A stretch of DNA of 64,000 nt from Planctomycetota bacterium (lineage in GTDB: Bacteria; Planctomycetota; SZUA-567; H5-PLA8). Location of the stretch: assembly GCA_045863855.1 (NCBI GenBank), contig BTVV01000011.1, positions 1 to 64,000 of the forward strand, in the 5' to 3' direction. The notes below the pieces were generated by a model. That model was not told the DNA's origin and did not search any database. It saw only the letters and a program-made list of their open reading frames with translations. The translations under genes and the position numbers were made by a program. This document shows positions 8,602 to 17,673 of this stretch, piece after piece; the stretch's first letter is position 1, and the number at the start of each line of letters is the position of its first letter.

Positions 8602-10527
8602 ATGCATGCAGCGTGGCGGCGTCATGGAATCCCGGCGTGCTGGGCCTTGCTGGCGCTCGCCGTGTCGGGCGCGGACCGCGTCTTCGCGGCCGAAACGCCG
8701 CCCGACCTCGTGCCGCCCGCCGCCCCCGTTGCCAACCCCACCGCCACGCCCGTCCAACCCGCGGTTCACGCGAAGGTCGACAAGGGCGAACTCCTCGGCC
8801 ACATCAAGCACCTCGCTTCCGAAAGCTTCCGCGGCCGCGAAGCCGGCACCTCCGAACAACTCAAAGCCGCCGCGTACATCGCCGACGAGTTCAAGCGCTA
8901 CGGCTTGCGGCCCATGGGCGACAAGGCGGTCGAGGCCGCGGAACCCGGCTACTTGCAGACTTTTTTCCTGCCCGTCAGCAAGGGCCTCGGAGCGGGCAAC
9001 GCGCTCAAGGTCGAAGCCGGCGGCAAGACGGATGAGTTCAAGGTCAAGACCGACTTCACCCCGCTTCCGGCCAACCGCACCAGCCCGCACGTGGCCGAGG
9101 CCGGCGTCGTCTTCGCCGGCTACGGCATCAGCGCCCCCGAGCACCAATACGACGACTTCGCGGGCGTCGAACTCGCCGGCAAGTGGGCGCTGATCTTTCG
9201 CTACGAGCCCCAGGACGACGATCCGAAGAGCCGCTTCCAGGGCAAGACGATGACCCGCCACGCCCACTTCGCGACGAAGGTCAACAACTGTGCGCTCCGC
9301 CGCGCCGCCGGCGTTCTGATCGTCAACGCGCCCCAAGGCGCCGGCGCAGAAGACAAGCTCCTCGATCCCGTCGGGCCCTGCTTCGCCGAAGTCGAACTGC
9401 CCGTCCTGATGCTCACGCGCCCCGCCGCCGACGCGATCCTCAAGAGTTCCGGAAAGACCGTCGCCGAACTTCAGGCCGCCATCGACAAGGACCTCAAGCC
9501 GCAGTCCAGGGAACTCGCGGGCGTCAAGGTCGGCGCCGTCGCCGATCTGGTCATCGACCCGCAGAAGACTTCCAACGTGCTGGCCGTGCTGGAGGGTTCC
9601 GATCCCGAACTGAAGCAGGAGTACGTCGTGATCGGCGCGCACTGCGACCACGTCGGCATGGGCAACTTCGGCAGCTTGATGGGCCGGCTTGGCGCGGGGC
9701 TGATTCACCCCGGCGCCGACGACAACGCCAGCGGCACCGCCGCGCTCCTGGAAGTCGCGCAGTTTTTCGGCGCGCTTAAGCCGGAAGAGCGCCCCAGGCG
9801 CAGCCTGTTTTTTCAGGCGTATTCGGGCGAAGAAAAAGGGCTGCTGGGGTCCCAATACTACGTCGACCATCCCTCCGCGCCGCTCGCCAAGCACGTTGCC
9901 ATGATCAACATGGACATGGTGGGGCGCAGCCACAACGGAGCCGTCCAGATCTCCGGCGTCGGCACCGCCGAACGTTTCCGCACGCTGGTCGAAAAGTACG
10001 GCGCCCAGGAGCAGGGGCTCACGATCTTCCTCAGCAGCAGCGGCGTCGCCCCCAGCGACAACACCACCTTCTACCGCAAGGACATTCCGGTTCTCTTCTT
10101 CTTCACCGGCACGCACCCCGATTACCACAAGGCCAGCGACACCTGGGACAAAATCAACGCGCCCGCCGCCGAAGCTATCGCCCGCTTGGTCGCAAGCGTC
10201 GCCCGCGAGATCGCCGACACGCCCGAGCGGCCCAAGTTCCTCAAATCCGGCGCGCAGGGCTACCTCGGTGTCAGCCCCGACCGCGAACGCCTCCGCGACG
10301 CCAAGGGCTTCCCCGTCGGACCCGTACAGGCCGGCAGCCCCGCCGAACAAGCCGGACTCCAGGCCGGCGACACCATCGTCGAAGCCGGCGGCACGCCTCT
10401 CGCCCACGCCCGCGACCTCAACATGGCGCTCATCGGATACGCCCCCGGCGACCAGATCGAACTGAGCGTCCAGCGCGGCACGGATACGTTTAAGCTCAGG
10501 ATTATTCTCGCCGAACGCGGGAAGTGA
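8602..10527 (+). CDS. M28 family aminopeptidase with PA and PDZ domains
   Basis: GAHCDH, GADDNASG, GEEKGLLGS, NMDMVG, YHKASD; PA domain VFAGYGI; C-terminal PDZ. Confidence 0.92.
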   Translation: MHAAWRRHGIPACWALLALAVSGADRVFAAETPPDLVPPAAPVANPTATPVQPAVHAKVDKGELLGHIKHLASESFRGREAGTSEQLKAAAYIADEFKRYGLRPMGDKAVEAAEPGYLQTFFLPVSKGLGAGNALKVEAGGKTDEFKVKTDFTPLPANRTSPHVAEAGVVFAGYGISAPEHQYDDFAGVELAGKWALIFRYEPQDDDPKSRFQGKTMTRHAHFATKVNNCALRRAAGVLIVNAPQGAGAEDKLLDPVGPCFAEVELPVLMLTRPAADAILKSSGKTVAELQAAIDKDLKPQSRELAGVKVGAVADLVIDPQKTSNVLAVLEGSDPELKQEYVVIGAHCDHVGMGNFGSLMGRLGAGLIHPGADDNASGTAALLEVAQFFGALKPEERPRRSLFFQAYSGEEKGLLGSQYYVDHPSAPLAKHVAMINMDMVGRSHNGAVQISGVGTAERFRTLVEKYGAQEQGLTIFLSSSGVAPSDNTTFYRKDIPVLFFFTGTHPDYHKASDTWDKINAPAAEAIARLVASVAREIADTPERPKFLKSGAQGYLGVSPDRERLRDAKGFPVGPVQAGSPAEQAGLQAGDTIVEAGGTPLAHARDLNMALIGYAPGDQIELSVQRGTDTFKLRIILAERGK

Positions 10528-10640
10528 GCGGGGTGGGGGAGCCGGAGATCGGAAAGGGTGGGCGGTGCACCCACTCAGATAGAATCCTGGGCGCGGTCGC
10601 CTAGCCTAAGTCGTTACCGTTCACCGCGTACCAATTTCAC

Positions 10641-10668
10641 TTGCTCCCCACCCGCGCGCCCCTATACT
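10641..10668 (+). promoter_or_regulatory. Putative sigma70 promoter of rpmE
   Basis: TTGCTC-N16-TATACT about 30 nt upstream of the ATG, with an AGGAGG RBS. Confidence 0.5.
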
Positions 10669-10698
10669 TTGCCGCTTCGCAGAAGGAGGCCTAGGGCC

Positions 10699-10917
10699 AT
10701 GAAGCAGGGCATTCATCCCAAGTCCGAACCGATCACGATCAAGTGCGTCGGATGCGGCACGCTGGTCGAGACGCGCTCCACCAAGTGCCAGAACTACTCC
10801 ATCGACGTCTGCAGCAACTGCCACCCGTTCTACACCGGCCGGCAGAAGTTCGTGGACAGCGCCGGACGCATCGAACGCTTCCAGCAGAAGTGGAAGAAGA
10901 CCTCGAAGCCCGAGTAA
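10699..10917 (+). CDS. rpmE: 50S ribosomal protein L31 (Zn-binding type)
   Basis: MKQGIHP..CVGC..DVCSNCHPFYTG..GRIERF. Confidence 0.96.
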   Translation: MKQGIHPKSEPITIKCVGCGTLVETRSTKCQNYSIDVCSNCHPFYTGRQKFVDSAGRIERFQQKWKKTSKPE

Positions 10918-10940
10918 GCTTGGACGGTGTTGCGGATCGC

Positions 10941-10976
10941 ATGAAAAGCCCGCCGGATTTCGGCGGGCTTTTTCAT
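10941..10976. terminator. Bidirectional intrinsic terminator
   Basis: AAAAGCCCGCCG-GATTT-CGGCGGGCTTTTT between convergent genes. Confidence 0.85.
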
Positions 10977-10980
10977 GCCC

Positions 10981-13017
10981 TCACTTCACCGAGCAGGCGG
11001 CTTCGGCAAGGTTCAATGCCACCGTCCGCGAACCGATCTCGGCCGTCAGCTTTCCATCCGTGAGCGTGACGCGGGGCGCGGCGGGACTGGCTTCCGTGGC
11101 GCCCCGCGCGTGCAGATACACCGCCAGCACCGTCCGCTTCACCGGCTCCTGCGAGACCAGCGCCAGCCGCTTTCGCAGGTGGAAGACTTCCGGCACCATG
11201 TAGCCCGTATTCGGCTTCACCTCCGGCGTCTCGAACGCGAACCCTTCCGCGGGCGCGCAGAGCATTACGTCCATCCCGCCTTGCTTCCCGTCCACGCGGT
11301 AATGCCGCGCCGACTTCTTCGCCGGATCGCCCAGCACGTTCAGGTTCCACGCGACATCCGGCGCTTGGGCCGCGGGCTTCCCGGCGCCCAGCTCGATCTC
11401 GTCGACGACCAGCAGACCGTCAGGCTTCAGGAAGACCAGATGCCGCCGGTAGATTTTCACGCCGGCCTCGAGCTTGTAAATCTTCGACGCGTCGCCCGCC
11501 GCGTAGCTGTGCCGCGGGCCGTCCTCGGCGCGCAGGAGTTTCGGCTGTTCCGGCGCGGTGAACGCTTCGCTCACCACCAAGCCGCCTTCGCGCTCCGGAT
11601 CGCCGTGCTCGCCGAACTGTCCCAGCCCGCGAAAAATCGGCAGGTTGTGGTTCTCGCAGCGCGCGTTCCCGTACGCCGTCAGCCGCTCGCCGCGCGAAAC
11701 GAACTGAAACGCCGTCTGGTCCGGCCGCGCGTGCCCCGATCCGCTGTTCCGCTTCAGGATTTCGCTCGCCGTGCGGCCCTGGTACGCCCCGCACTTGAAC
11801 CACAGCGCCGTGGCCTGCTCGTCCCAGCCGCTGCGCGCCGTCACGATGCCCAGTTCGGGAAACGCCGCGAACGCCGGAAACTCCGTGCGCTTCCCGCGCG
11901 CCACGCTTGCGTCGCACCACAGCAGCGCCAGCGGCAGCAGCGGCGAATGCTTGCCCGAGTCGTTCTCGATCATGCTCCAGGCCAGATCCTGCACCAGCGG
12001 ATCGCGCGTCGCCGCGGCCGACTTGAAGAGTATATGCGCCGGACCGTGCGTGCCCGTCGAGATCGCCGCCGCGCCGTAGGGAAAGACGAAGTCGCCCGCG
12101 CGGAACCACGGCGTCAGGTGCGCCGCCAGGAAGCGCCCGCTGTTGCGCAGGTAACCACTCGTGGCGAAGAAATCGCGGCCCAAATTCCGCCGCGCCAGTT
12201 CGGCGTACAGCATCATGTGCTCCATGCTGTAGCCCCAGTAGTTGATCCCCTCCATGCTCGAACCGTCCTCGTTCACGATCGCGAAGACCTGCTCGAAATG
12301 CCCGTTGGCGAGCTCCAGCCAGCGCTTCGCCTCGGGCAACTCGTGGTAAAAGACGATCGCCGCCGCCGCCAGCCCGGCGCTGTTGACCTGCCCGTGGTTT
12401 TGCAAAAGCTCCCGCGTCCACCACGTCCCGCCTTTGACCTTCTCCGCGCCCCAGACCTTCGCCATGCGCTCGCCTTGCAGCTTCACTTTTTCTCGAAAGA
12501 GCTTCTTCTGCGCGTCGCTCAGATCGGCGTGGAACCAGTCGTACGCCAGCGCGATGGCCCACAGGCCGTGCCCCGCCGCCAGATCGACGTCGATGTCCCA
12601 GTGCGGATACGCGCAGACAACTTCGGCATACTGGATCGCCGCCGCGCGGTACTTCGCTTCGCCGGTGGCGGCGTAGGCCCAGGCCAGTTGAGCCGGTTTG
12701 CGCACGGCGCGGCGCATCGGGCCTTCGGCGTTGCGCGGGCTCGCTTCGGGCGCCTCTTCGAGCATCTCTTCCGCCTGCTTCACGATCGCCGCCGCGATCG
12801 CCTGGTGCGTCGTCTTGCCGCGCTCGGTCAATTCCTTCAGCCCGCCGTCCGGAATCATGATCCGCGGATGCCCGGTCTGCTCCTCCAGCGGCAGCCGCTC
12901 GGGCTTCGGCGGCAGCTTCGGCGTCACGTATTCGAGATTCGCCGCGCGCACCGCGCCCGCCTCTTCCGCGCCCGCCGCAAGACTCAGCACCGCCGCCAGT
13001 CCCAAGATCGTTCGCAT
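10981..13017 (-). CDS. Secreted heparinase II/III-like polysaccharide lyase
   Basis: Signal peptide MRTILGLAAVLSL; HPR, QNH, DGSSMEGINYWGY, ARSGWD, GHARPDQ motifs; true start inferred at 13017. Confidence 0.75.
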   Translation of the reverse strand: MRTILGLAAVLSLAAGAEEAGAVRAANLEYVTPKLPPKPERLPLEEQTGHPRIMIPDGGLKELTERGKTTHQAIAAAIVKQAEEMLEEAPEASPRNAEGPMRRAVRKPAQLAWAYAATGEAKYRAAAIQYAEVVCAYPHWDIDVDLAAGHGLWAIALAYDWFHADLSDAQKKLFREKVKLQGERMAKVWGAEKVKGGTWWTRELLQNHGQVNSAGLAAAAIVFYHELPEAKRWLELANGHFEQVFAIVNEDGSSMEGINYWGYSMEHMMLYAELARRNLGRDFFATSGYLRNSGRFLAAHLTPWFRAGDFVFPYGAAAISTGTHGPAHILFKSAAATRDPLVQDLAWSMIENDSGKHSPLLPLALLWCDASVARGKRTEFPAFAAFPELGIVTARSGWDEQATALWFKCGAYQGRTASEILKRNSGSGHARPDQTAFQFVSRGERLTAYGNARCENHNLPIFRGLGQFGEHGDPEREGGLVVSEAFTAPEQPKLLRAEDGPRHSYAAGDASKIYKLEAGVKIYRRHLVFLKPDGLLVVDEIELGAGKPAAQAPDVAWNLNVLGDPAKKSARHYRVDGKQGGMDVMLCAPAEGFAFETPEVKPNTGYMVPEVFHLRKRLALVSQEPVKRTVLAVYLHARGATEASPAAPRVTLTDGKLTAEIGSRTVALNLAEAACSVK

Positions 13018-13057
13018 GTTTCGCTCCCATAGCCCCGGCGTCCCGCCGGCCGCTGTC

Positions 13058-13080
13058 GGTATCGCGGGCGTCCCGCCCGC
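13058..13080 (+). repeat. REP-like palindrome, copy 1
   Basis: GGTATCGCGGGCGTCCCGCCCGC, identical to 18485-18507; a variant lies at about 13029-13050. Confidence 0.65.
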
Positions 13081-13118
13081 TCGTTCGGCCGATTCCGCGT
13101 CCGCACCCGATTCCGCCG

Positions 13119-14096
13119 CTACAACCCCGGATACCAGCGCCGCGCGTTCTCCGCGTACAGCTTGCGCAAGACCGGATCCGGCAAGCCCAGCCCTTGAACC
13201 TCGAACTCGCGCAATTTCACGCGCCCGTCCGATTCGTAATACGCGAAGGCCGCCGCGTGCCCCTCGCGAATCGAAGCCATGGCCTTCGCGCGCGCCTCGG
13301 CGCTTTCGGCATCCTGCGCATGCGCGTGCTGATCGCTTCCGAAGAGCAGCCGGTCCTGGAACTCGATGCAGATCCGCCGCACGAGGGCGCGGTCCTGCAA
13401 GCCCAGCGCCAAGGCGCGCGCCAGGCCCGAGGTGTCCACCGCGAAGTTCGGATAGCGCTCGAAGCGCCGCGCCAGCTCCGCCGCGTCGAACTCCAGGCTG
13501 CCCAGATGCGCGCCCACCACGCGCAGCTTCGGATGCCGTTCCACGATCCGGTCGCGCGACGCGATCAACGTCTCGTGCGCCGGAAACGCGGGGTTCCCGT
13601 ATGCGTATTTGTCCGGATGCTTGCGGTAAAAATTCGAAGTTAAATTCTCCGGCCCCAATGGCTGCCAGCCGCCGATCGGATCGGCGATATGAATCAGCAG
13701 CGTCTTCCCGCTCCGCTCCAGAAAGGAAAGGATAGGCTCCAGGATCGGATGATCCACCAGCACGTGCCGCCCTTCGGGATCGCGAAAGCCCAGCCCGAAA
13801 CTCTTCCAGATCTTGCAGCCTACCGCGCCGCGCGCGAAATCGGCTTCCAGCCCCGCGATGCAGCGCTCGGCGTATTCCCGATCGCCGAAGCGCGGCAGAT
13901 CGAAGCTCGTGACCCACCCGAAGCGCTCCGGATACGCCGCCGCCAGCCGCGCGTACGGCTCCGCCCGCCGCGCGCGCCACTCGGGATGCTCGACCCCGCC
14001 GATCGTGTTCAGGAACTTCATGTTCCATTCGGCGAGTTGCTCCGCGTAGGCCGGATGCTCGCTGTCGAAATGGATATGCGCGTCGATGCGTTCCAT
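13119..14096 (-). CDS. Amidohydrolase family protein (Amidohydro_2-like)
   Basis: IDAHIH, KIWK, IHIAD, GAHLG, LLFGSD motifs. Confidence 0.88.
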   Translation of the reverse strand: MERIDAHIHFDSEHPAYAEQLAEWNMKFLNTIGGVEHPEWRARRAEPYARLAAAYPERFGWVTSFDLPRFGDREYAERCIAGLEADFARGAVGCKIWKSFGLGFRDPEGRHVLVDHPILEPILSFLERSGKTLLIHIADPIGGWQPLGPENLTSNFYRKHPDKYAYGNPAFPAHETLIASRDRIVERHPKLRVVGAHLGSLEFDAAELARRFERYPNFAVDTSGLARALALGLQDRALVRRICIEFQDRLLFGSDQHAHAQDAESAEARAKAMASIREGHAAAFAYYESDGRVKLREFEVQGLGLPDPVLRKLYAENARRWYPGL

Positions 14097-14112
14097 AAAG
14101 GGAGGGCTCCCG

Positions 14113-15198
14113 CTACCCCAATGCCGAAGCGCGCGGCATGAACTCCGCCGCCACGCCGCGATACTCGAAGGCCAGTTTCTTTTCCGCCCACAGCCGCGCC
14201 ACTGCCGCCACCGCCGCCGCGCCGCCGGCCTCGAACGGCATCCGGATCGTCGCCAGCGCCGGAACGGTTTGCGCCGCTTCGGGCAGATCGTCGCAGCCGA
14301 TCAGCGCCACGTCTTCCGGCACGCGTACGCCGGCCTCGCGAAACCGCCGCAGCGCCTCGAACGCCCAGCGGTCGGTTCGGCACAACAGCGCGTCGATCCC
14401 GAACGCCTTCAAGTCCCCGCCCAGCAGCCGGTCCAGCGCCGCCGCGGGGCCGGACCCGCACCAGTACACGCGCGCCAGCGGCTGGCCTTCCGCCGCCGCC
14501 GCCGCCTCGACGAAGGCCAGATGGCTGCTCGGCGCCGAAGGATCGGACGAGAGAAACGACACCCGCGTACGCCCCTGCGCGCGCAGATGCCGCAGCGCCG
14601 CGCGGTACGCCGGCGTCACGTCCATCCCGATCCCATTCACACGCGCGCGGTACGGACTCACCACCGCGTACGGAACCTTCCGGCGCAGCATCTCCGCCTC
14701 CAGGCGCAGCGCCAAATCTTCGTGCAGGAAGACCGCCCCGTCATGAAACGGACCGATGGCGGCCAGCAGTTCTTCAGGCGTCGTGAAGCGGTAGGGATTG
14801 ATAAAATGCAGCGCCGTCGCGATCCCGCGCTCGCGGCAGGCCTGCGCGATGCCTTCCAGACGCCCCCACCACACGTGCGGGCTGTGCGACTCCTGCAGCG
14901 TCTCCCGCTCCCGCGGCACCAGCACGTCGATCACCCGGGTGAGCGCCGCGCCGCCGGCCGCCTTGGCCGGCGGCAGCGCGCGCTTCAAGAACGTCCCGCT
15001 GCCCGTCCGCGCGATCAGAAGGCCTTCGGCGATCAGCCCCCGCAGCGCCCGGTCGACCGTATCGTTCGAGACTTCCAAGTGCTCGCGCCAAAACGGCCGC
15101 GACGGGATGCGATCCCCCGGACCCAATTCCATGCGCGCAATCTCGGCCAGGATCAGGTCCCGAAGCTGTTCGTGTTTGCTGGTTAAGGTAGCGCTCAT
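14113..15198 (-). CDS. GntR wHTH + LacI-type effector domain regulator (AraR-like architecture)
   Basis: PGDRIPS..VSNDTVDRAL..GSGTF; C-terminal VPEDVALIGCDD..LATIRMP. Confidence 0.85.
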   Translation of the reverse strand: MSATLTSKHEQLRDLILAEIARMELGPGDRIPSRPFWREHLEVSNDTVDRALRGLIAEGLLIARTGSGTFLKRALPPAKAAGGAALTRVIDVLVPRERETLQESHSPHVWWGRLEGIAQACRERGIATALHFINPYRFTTPEELLAAIGPFHDGAVFLHEDLALRLEAEMLRRKVPYAVVSPYRARVNGIGMDVTPAYRAALRHLRAQGRTRVSFLSSDPSAPSSHLAFVEAAAAAEGQPLARVYWCGSGPAAALDRLLGGDLKAFGIDALLCRTDRWAFEALRRFREAGVRVPEDVALIGCDDLPEAAQTVPALATIRMPFEAGGAAAVAAVARLWAEKKLAFEYRGVAAEFMPRASALG

Positions 15199-15204
15199 CT
15201 CAAG

Positions 15205-15265
15205 TTATCCGAAAACCGGTTAGTTAAAGTTAATACACCGCTGAAACACGAAAACGATCGGATAA
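15205..15265. promoter_or_regulatory. Candidate operator half-sites upstream of the GntR/LacI regulator
   Basis: Inverted TTATCCGA (15205) / TCGGATAA (15258) in AT-rich intergenic DNA. Confidence 0.3.
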
Positions 15266-15395
15266 GACAAGAATTTATAAAGCTATGTGAGAAGGCAAGA
15301 TATATCTGTAAGGCGGATAGCTTGGGGCGGGGAGGAATCCTGTAGACACCGGCCTGCCCCGCACAGTCAAATGCTCCCTATTAAGGAGGCCGGCC

Positions 15396-15794
15396 ATGGG
15401 CACGTGGGGTTGCGCGGCGTTCGATAACGACGAGGCTTCCGACTTCGTCTACGACCTCGAAGATTCCGAAGATCTGTCCATCCTAACCGAAGCCCTCGCC
15501 GGGATGGTGCCCGGCTCCGAACTTGAACTTCAAGCACCGGAATGCGCCGTCGCCATCGCCGCGGCCGAAATCGTCGCCGCCCTGAACGGCCGACCCGAGC
15601 CGAACTTGCCCGAAGACGTCGCCGCCTGGGTGCAAGGCAAACCCCGCCCCGACCCGCGCCTGATCGCGCAGGCCCGCCAAGCGCTCGAAGCGATCCTGCA
15701 GGAATCGGAACTCAAAGACCTCTGGCAAGAGAACAAGGCGGACTATCCCCAGTGGCTTGCCGGCATCGAAGACCTGAAGCGCCGGCTGGGCTGA
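15396..15794 (+). CDS. DUF4259 family protein
   Basis: MGTWG..FDNDEASD, AIAAAEIVAAL, SELKDLW; AGGAGG RBS. Confidence 0.85.
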   Translation: MGTWGCAAFDNDEASDFVYDLEDSEDLSILTEALAGMVPGSELELQAPECAVAIAAAEIVAALNGRPEPNLPEDVAAWVQGKPRPDPRLIAQARQALEAILQESELKDLWQENKADYPQWLAGIEDLKRRLG

Positions 15795-15888
15795 TCCTCG
15801 GCTTACGCTGCCGCGGCTGGGCTTGAAAATCTGGCGCAGGCAGTCCGATAGACGGTTACGCGTTCTCATTCGGAGGGTTAAGCCCACT

Positions 15889-16509
15889 ATGAGCGATGCG
15901 GATTCGCGCGTTCGGGTGCTGGTGATGCCGTGGCTTCACCACCGCATGCAGCTTGACCTAGCGGTTGCGGCCTTGGTGCTGACCACGAACTTGTGGGGGC
16001 TCTATGTTTACGTTCGCCGCGGCGGACAGCCGTGGTCCTTAAGTGCTTGGCTTTGGGAATACGCGCACCAGGCCATCTTCTTGCCCGTCCTGTTTTTGGC
16101 GCTCTGGATAGTCATCGATATCTACCTTCAGGTCCTGACGATCGCGCTTCAAGAGTTGAATGCTCGGACCGGGCGGCGCCCTTGGCTGATCTTTCACCTG
16201 TCCACGCTGCTCTGGCTTTCCCTTGCGGCAAGTGTGCTGCTGTGGGCGAATATCCGCGAGCGCGAGTGCTCAATCGTATTTATTGGGTCGGAGAGTTGGC
16301 ACCCGTATATGGAATTATCGGCTGCACCCAATGCCAAGGGGCAGGGCTGGCCGCAAGCCTTTCGCATCGTAACCGCAAGCGGAGGGGCTCAATGGAATCC
16401 AGGCACGCTGGTTTCCAACAGCCTCTGTTGCGCCGGCCTGTGTTTAGCCCTCGCCTTTTGCGCCGAATACCGAGCGCGTCACCGCAAGCCCCCGCGCCAA
16501 CCGCCGTGA
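15889..16509 (+). CDS. Hypothetical multi-pass membrane protein
   Basis: About four hydrophobic segments; WLIFHLSTLLWL and GQGWP motifs; start uncertain. Confidence 0.6.
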   Translation: MSDADSRVRVLVMPWLHHRMQLDLAVAALVLTTNLWGLYVYVRRGGQPWSLSAWLWEYAHQAIFLPVLFLALWIVIDIYLQVLTIALQELNARTGRRPWLIFHLSTLLWLSLAASVLLWANIRERECSIVFIGSESWHPYMELSAAPNAKGQGWPQAFRIVTASGGAQWNPGTLVSNSLCCAGLCLALAFCAEYRARHRKPPRQPP

Positions 16510-16534
16510 ACCCAAAATTCAATATCGGAAATCG

Positions 16535-17374
16535 CTACGTCGCCACCCCCGCCGCATGCCACTCCTGCGCCCGCTCGCCCACCTGCTTGTACACGCTCCC
16601 GAACGGCGGGTTCCAGCCCTTCCGCCGCGCCAGGTACACGCGCCCCGCATCGCAGCGCACCGTCTCGCTGAACGAACCGCGCACCTGATACCCCGTGTCC
16701 GCGAAGACCGTATCGCCCAACTGGTACGCATCCGCCGCGCGGTACTGAAAGACCGCGCCGCGCCGCGGCCGCCCGCTCTGGTTCGGGCCGCTGCCGTGCA
16801 GCGTCAAGACGTGGTGGATGCTGATCCCGCCCGCGCGGACCTGGATCGGCACGATCTTCGACGCGTCCTCCAGCGCCCAAGTGTCCTGGCAGCGCCCGCT
16901 GAAATAACCCTCGTGGCGGTGCTCCAACAGCCCCAGCTTGTGGCTCCCGCGCACCATCGACATGCAGCCGTTCTCGGTCGTGCAATCGTCGAGGTACACG
17001 AAGACCGCCGCGAGATCCGTATTCGTGTGCGGGAAGAACGCGAAATCCTGATGCCAGCCGAAGCCGCCCGTCGCCTTCTTGAGCGGCTGCGTGGCGAGCT
17101 TCGAATGCTGGAGCTGAATGTCCTCGCCGATCAGCGCGGCCAGCCGAGCGGTGATCCGGTCGTCGGCGCACAGCGCCCGGAACGCCGGCGACTTCACCGC
17201 CAATTCCAACTGATGCGCGTGCACTTCCGTCCCGCGCGCCTTCTCGAACGCCTCCCGCACCGCCCCCGACTCCGCCGCCGCCAGCAACTCGCTCACCTCC
17301 GCCGGCGAAAAGACGTCCTCCACGATCAGAAACCCGTCGTCCTGGAAGCGTGCCACCTGCGCCGACGTTAGCAT
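16535..17374 (-). CDS. Phytanoyl-CoA dioxygenase (PhyH) family 2OG-Fe(II) oxygenase
   Basis: WHQD, LDDCTTENGC..GSH, HGSGPNQS..RR. Confidence 0.9.
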   Translation of the reverse strand: MLTSAQVARFQDDGFLIVEDVFSPAEVSELLAAAESGAVREAFEKARGTEVHAHQLELAVKSPAFRALCADDRITARLAALIGEDIQLQHSKLATQPLKKATGGFGWHQDFAFFPHTNTDLAAVFVYLDDCTTENGCMSMVRGSHKLGLLEHRHEGYFSGRCQDTWALEDASKIVPIQVRAGGISIHHVLTLHGSGPNQSGRPRRGAVFQYRAADAYQLGDTVFADTGYQVRGSFSETVRCDAGRVYLARRKGWNPPFGSVYKQVGERAQEWHAAGVAT

Positions 17375-17510
17375 GATTTGGTGCTCCTGAGAGACGCTCG
17401 AACGGGCTCGCCGCCCGCGCTCGTTTCGATGCCCGAACCATACCCCGCCGCACGCCTCGCCCGGTAGTGAGGAACCGCTTGTCTTTTAGCACAAAATGAC
17501 GATAGACTGG

Positions 17511-17663
17511 GGGCGATTGCGAATTGCGGATGGCCCACGGCCGCTAGCGGCCGGTCGCTTGAGGAATACCGCTGCCGGTGCCCTGAATCCGGAAGACCAG
17601 CCCCGTGGCGCCGCCGTGCGGTCGTCCAATCCGCAATCCCCAATCCGCAATCCGAAATCGCCC
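17511..17663. repeat. Heptamer-periodic inverted repeat element
   Basis: GGGCGATTGCGAATTGCGGATGG (17511-17533) is inverted relative to CAATCCG/CAATCCC/CAATCCG/CAATCCG/AAATCGCCC (17627-17663). Confidence 0.7.
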
Positions 17664-17673
17664 AGGAGCCCCC

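Noticed and set aside
10981..14028. 1015-aa ORF as a single protein
   Set aside because: The first about 337 aa are an Arg-rich off-frame read-through of the amidohydrolase gene; a signal peptide and RBS mark the real start at 13017.
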